Source: an uncultured Acidobacteriota bacterium (GTDB taxonomy: Bacteria; Acidobacteriota; Thermoanaerobaculia; Multivoradales; UBA5704). Taken from it: DNA of 64,000 nucleotides. This document shows positions 62,271-64,000 of this stretch, in pieces. The stretch lies in assembly GCA_963698025.1 (NCBI GenBank), contig OY969112.1, positions 6,629,101 through 6,693,100 on the forward strand. Direction: 5' to 3'. Each line of letters begins with the position of its first letter. Position 1 is the first letter of the stretch. The notes beneath the pieces were generated by a model. That model did no database searches, was not told where the DNA came from, and saw nothing but the letters and a program-made list of their open reading frames with translations. Position numbers and translations under genes: made by a program.

Positions 62271-63361
62271 CGGCTTTCCTCATCCGCAATCAGATCCGGC
62301 ACCAGCAGCACCTTGAGGGCCCGCCGCTCGCGCGCCAGCTCGACGGCCTCCTCGAAGCGGGAGAGCGGCAGCCGGTGGGTCACCAGCGGGGAAGGGTCCA
62401 GCCGCCGGGAGACCAGCAGGCGGTAGACCTCGCGCTGATCGGCCAGCGTGCTCGAGTAGGTGCCGAGAAGCCGGCGCTCCCCCTTGAAGAAGGTGTTGAG
62501 ATCGAAGCCGGCCGGCTCGCTGGTTTCCGAGTGAGCGAAGAGCACCACGGCGCCGCCGGGGCGGGAGATCGCCAGCGCCGCCGCCAGCGGCTCCGCGCCG
62601 CCCACCGTGTCGAAAGTGGCGTCGGCGCCGAGGCCGGCCGAAAGCTCCGCCACCGCCGCGCGGGTCGCCTCGCCGGGCACCGCCGCCGCGTCGGCTCCCA
62701 GCCGGCGGGCGAGCGCGCGGCGGTCCTCCAGGGGATCGGAGACGGCGACCCGGAGGTCCGGATGGACGGCCTTGAGCACCAGCAGGTGAAGGAGGCCCAT
62801 GCTGCCGCCGCCCAGGATCGCGACGCAGCCGGGGCCGGGGGCCGTCTCGGCCAGGCGCGCCTGGCGGACGCCGCGCAGCACGCAGGCCGCCGGCTCCAGG
62901 AAGACGGCGGCCTCGTCGGAGAGGTGCGGGGGGAGGCCGAAGGCCGCCTGGCGGACGGCGCGCTCGCGCACCAGCACCCACTCGGAGAAGCCGCCCGGCA
63001 CCAGCAGGTTCTCGCGAAAGGCGGGGCAGTGCGGCTCGCCGCCACGCCGGCAGAGCCCACACTCGCCGCACGCCGCGTGATGGGGGACGGCGACGCGGTC
63101 GCCCGGCGCGAACCCCCGTACCCCTGGGCCGAGCGCCGCGACCGTGCCGACGATCTCGTGCCCGAGCACCGAGCCGGCGGCCGCCGTGCGATGGCTCAGC
63201 TTGAAGAGATCGGTGCCGCAGAGGCCGGCGCAGCGCAGGCGCAGCAGCATCTCGCCGGGCCCGGGCACGGGGCGCGGGCGGCTCTCGATCCGCACCGCGC
63301 CCGCTTCGCCGCAGGCGGCCACGGTCGTCGATTCGGTCGGCGCGGGGGCTATCGTCTTCAT
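62267..63361 (-). CDS. Zn-dependent medium-chain alcohol dehydrogenase (MDR family), tandem paralog
   Basis: CGTDLFKL...LGHEIVGTV...CGECGLCRRGGEPHC...AILGGGSMGLL. Overlaps the downstream paralog by 4 nt. Confidence 0.85.
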   Translation of the reverse strand: MKTIAPAPTESTTVAACGEAGAVRIESRPRPVPGPGEMLLRLRCAGLCGTDLFKLSHRTAAAGSVLGHEIVGTVAALGPGVRGFAPGDRVAVPHHAACGECGLCRRGGEPHCPAFRENLLVPGGFSEWVLVRERAVRQAAFGLPPHLSDEAAVFLEPAACVLRGVRQARLAETAPGPGCVAILGGGSMGLLHLLVLKAVHPDLRVAVSDPLEDRRALARRLGADAAAVPGEATRAAVAELSAGLGADATFDTVGGAEPLAAALAISRPGGAVVLFAHSETSEPAGFDLNTFFKGERRLLGTYSSTLADQREVYRLLVSRRLDPSPLVTHRLPLSRFEEAVELARERRALKVLLVPDLIADEESR

Positions 63362-63404
63362 ATTGATTCCTCGGGAGTCCCGAAGGCGGGTAAACTATAT
63401 CTCC

Positions 63405-64000
63405 ATGTCTTCAGGTCGCCGCGCCGTCCGCCGTCCACGCCGGGTCCAGGTCAATTTCTGGAGGCATGGGGATTCGACCCCTCACATCGGCTACACCACG
63501 AACATCTCGCTCACCGGGATGTTCGTCGCCACCAGCAGCCCGATGTCGACCGGCTCCCGGATCCGGGTCGAGGTGGTCGACCGCGATCGGGGGTTCGTGG
63601 TGGAGGGGGTCGTCGCCCACGCGCGGAAGTTGCAGGCGGCGCTCGCGCGGCTCAATCAGTCGGGGATGGGAGTGCGCTTCCTGACCGTGGAAGAGCTGGT
63701 GCGGGAGCTGATCCCGGCCGCCCTCGAAACCGAGGAGATCCCCCGCGACGTCACTCAGCCCTGGCCCGTGCCGGAGACCTCTCCGGAGCCGCCTGTGGAG
63801 CCCCCCGTGGAGCCGCTCATCCCGCCGCCCTCGCTCCCGCCGCCTCCCCCCCGCCCTCTGCCGCGCCGCCGAGGCCGGCTCCGCCGGCTCCAGCGCCGAG
63901 GCCGGATCGATCCGCGGCCCCGGTCGCCCCGTCCGGCGGCTCCTTCACCGTGCACTTCTCCGGTGTCGAGGAGTTCCTGGAAGTCTACCGGCGGGACATC
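63405..64000 (+). CDS. PilZ-domain protein, 5' complete and 3' truncated by the window edge
   Basis: ATG at 63405. MSSGRRAVRRPRRVQVNFWRHGDSTPHIGYTTNISLTGMFVATSSPMSTGSRIRVEVV has the RxxxR and N-x-S-x-x-G PilZ motifs. It is followed by a Pro-rich linker. At the very end a different frame (…SGGSFTVHFSGVEEFLEVYRRDI) looks more protein-like, so a frameshift or second module is possible. Not listed in the ORF track because there is no stop in the window. Confidence 0.5.
   Translation, partial: MSSGRRAVRRPRRVQVNFWRHGDSTPHIGYTTNISLTGMFVATSSPMSTGSRIRVEVVDRDRGFVVEGVVAHARKLQAALARLNQSGMGVRFLTVEELVRELIPAALETEEIPRDVTQPWPVPETSPEPPVEPPVEPLIPPPSLPPPPPRPLPRRRGRLRRLQRRGRIDPRPRSPRPAAPSPCTSPVSRSSWKSTGGT

Overview
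This 64 kb window is a high-GC (roughly 65-70%) chromosomal segment, probably from an Acidobacteria-like organism. The evidence is an 810-aa duplicated FtsX 'ADOP'-type orphan permease, PD40/BNR beta-propeller proteins, a PSCyt1-like cytochrome domain and many REP-like palindromes. About 55 protein genes are supported.

Housekeeping and metabolism genes:
- formate-tetrahydrofolate ligase (fhs)
- Dps
- MtgA
- a three-subunit xanthine-dehydrogenase-family molybdoenzyme, with an adjacent TetR regulator
- an AI-2E transporter
- MgtE, and a CorA-MprF operon
- tandem cardiolipin synthases downstream of an endonuclease/exonuclease/phosphatase (EEP) phosphoesterase
- an ECF sigma factor, anti-sigma factor and S8 protease operon
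- a VapBC toxin-antitoxin pair
- an FHA-GAF-PP2C phosphatase
- two tandem Zn-dependent alcohol dehydrogenases
- a partial PilZ-domain gene at the right edge

No rRNA, tRNA, CRISPR array, transposase or integrase was found.

Most interesting observations:
1. Three paralogous XRE-HTH regulators, two of them with a long TPR-like helical domain, each sit next to one of two paralogous small signal-peptide proteins. The two small proteins share an 'LW..L..FW.K..GS.DP.G' motif and a C-terminal 'S.DPN' motif. This looks like a candidate RRNPP-like peptide-signalling module, not previously described outside Gram-positives.
2. A 420-bp AT-rich non-coding island (about 42% GC) between convergent genes, immediately upstream of the main regulator/peptide locus, carries nine TATATAGAA-like motifs phased at about 21 bp.
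3. A carboxymuconolactone-decarboxylase/AhpD-like gene is interrupted by a single in-frame TGA exactly at the second Cys of its NGCxYC-xxxH motif, followed 17 nt later by a hairpin with a GGGU loop. This is a candidate selenoprotein.
4. A seven-unit tandem array of degenerate 20-21-bp repeats lies upstream of fhs.
5. There are several families of dispersed palindromic (REP/MITE-like) elements.
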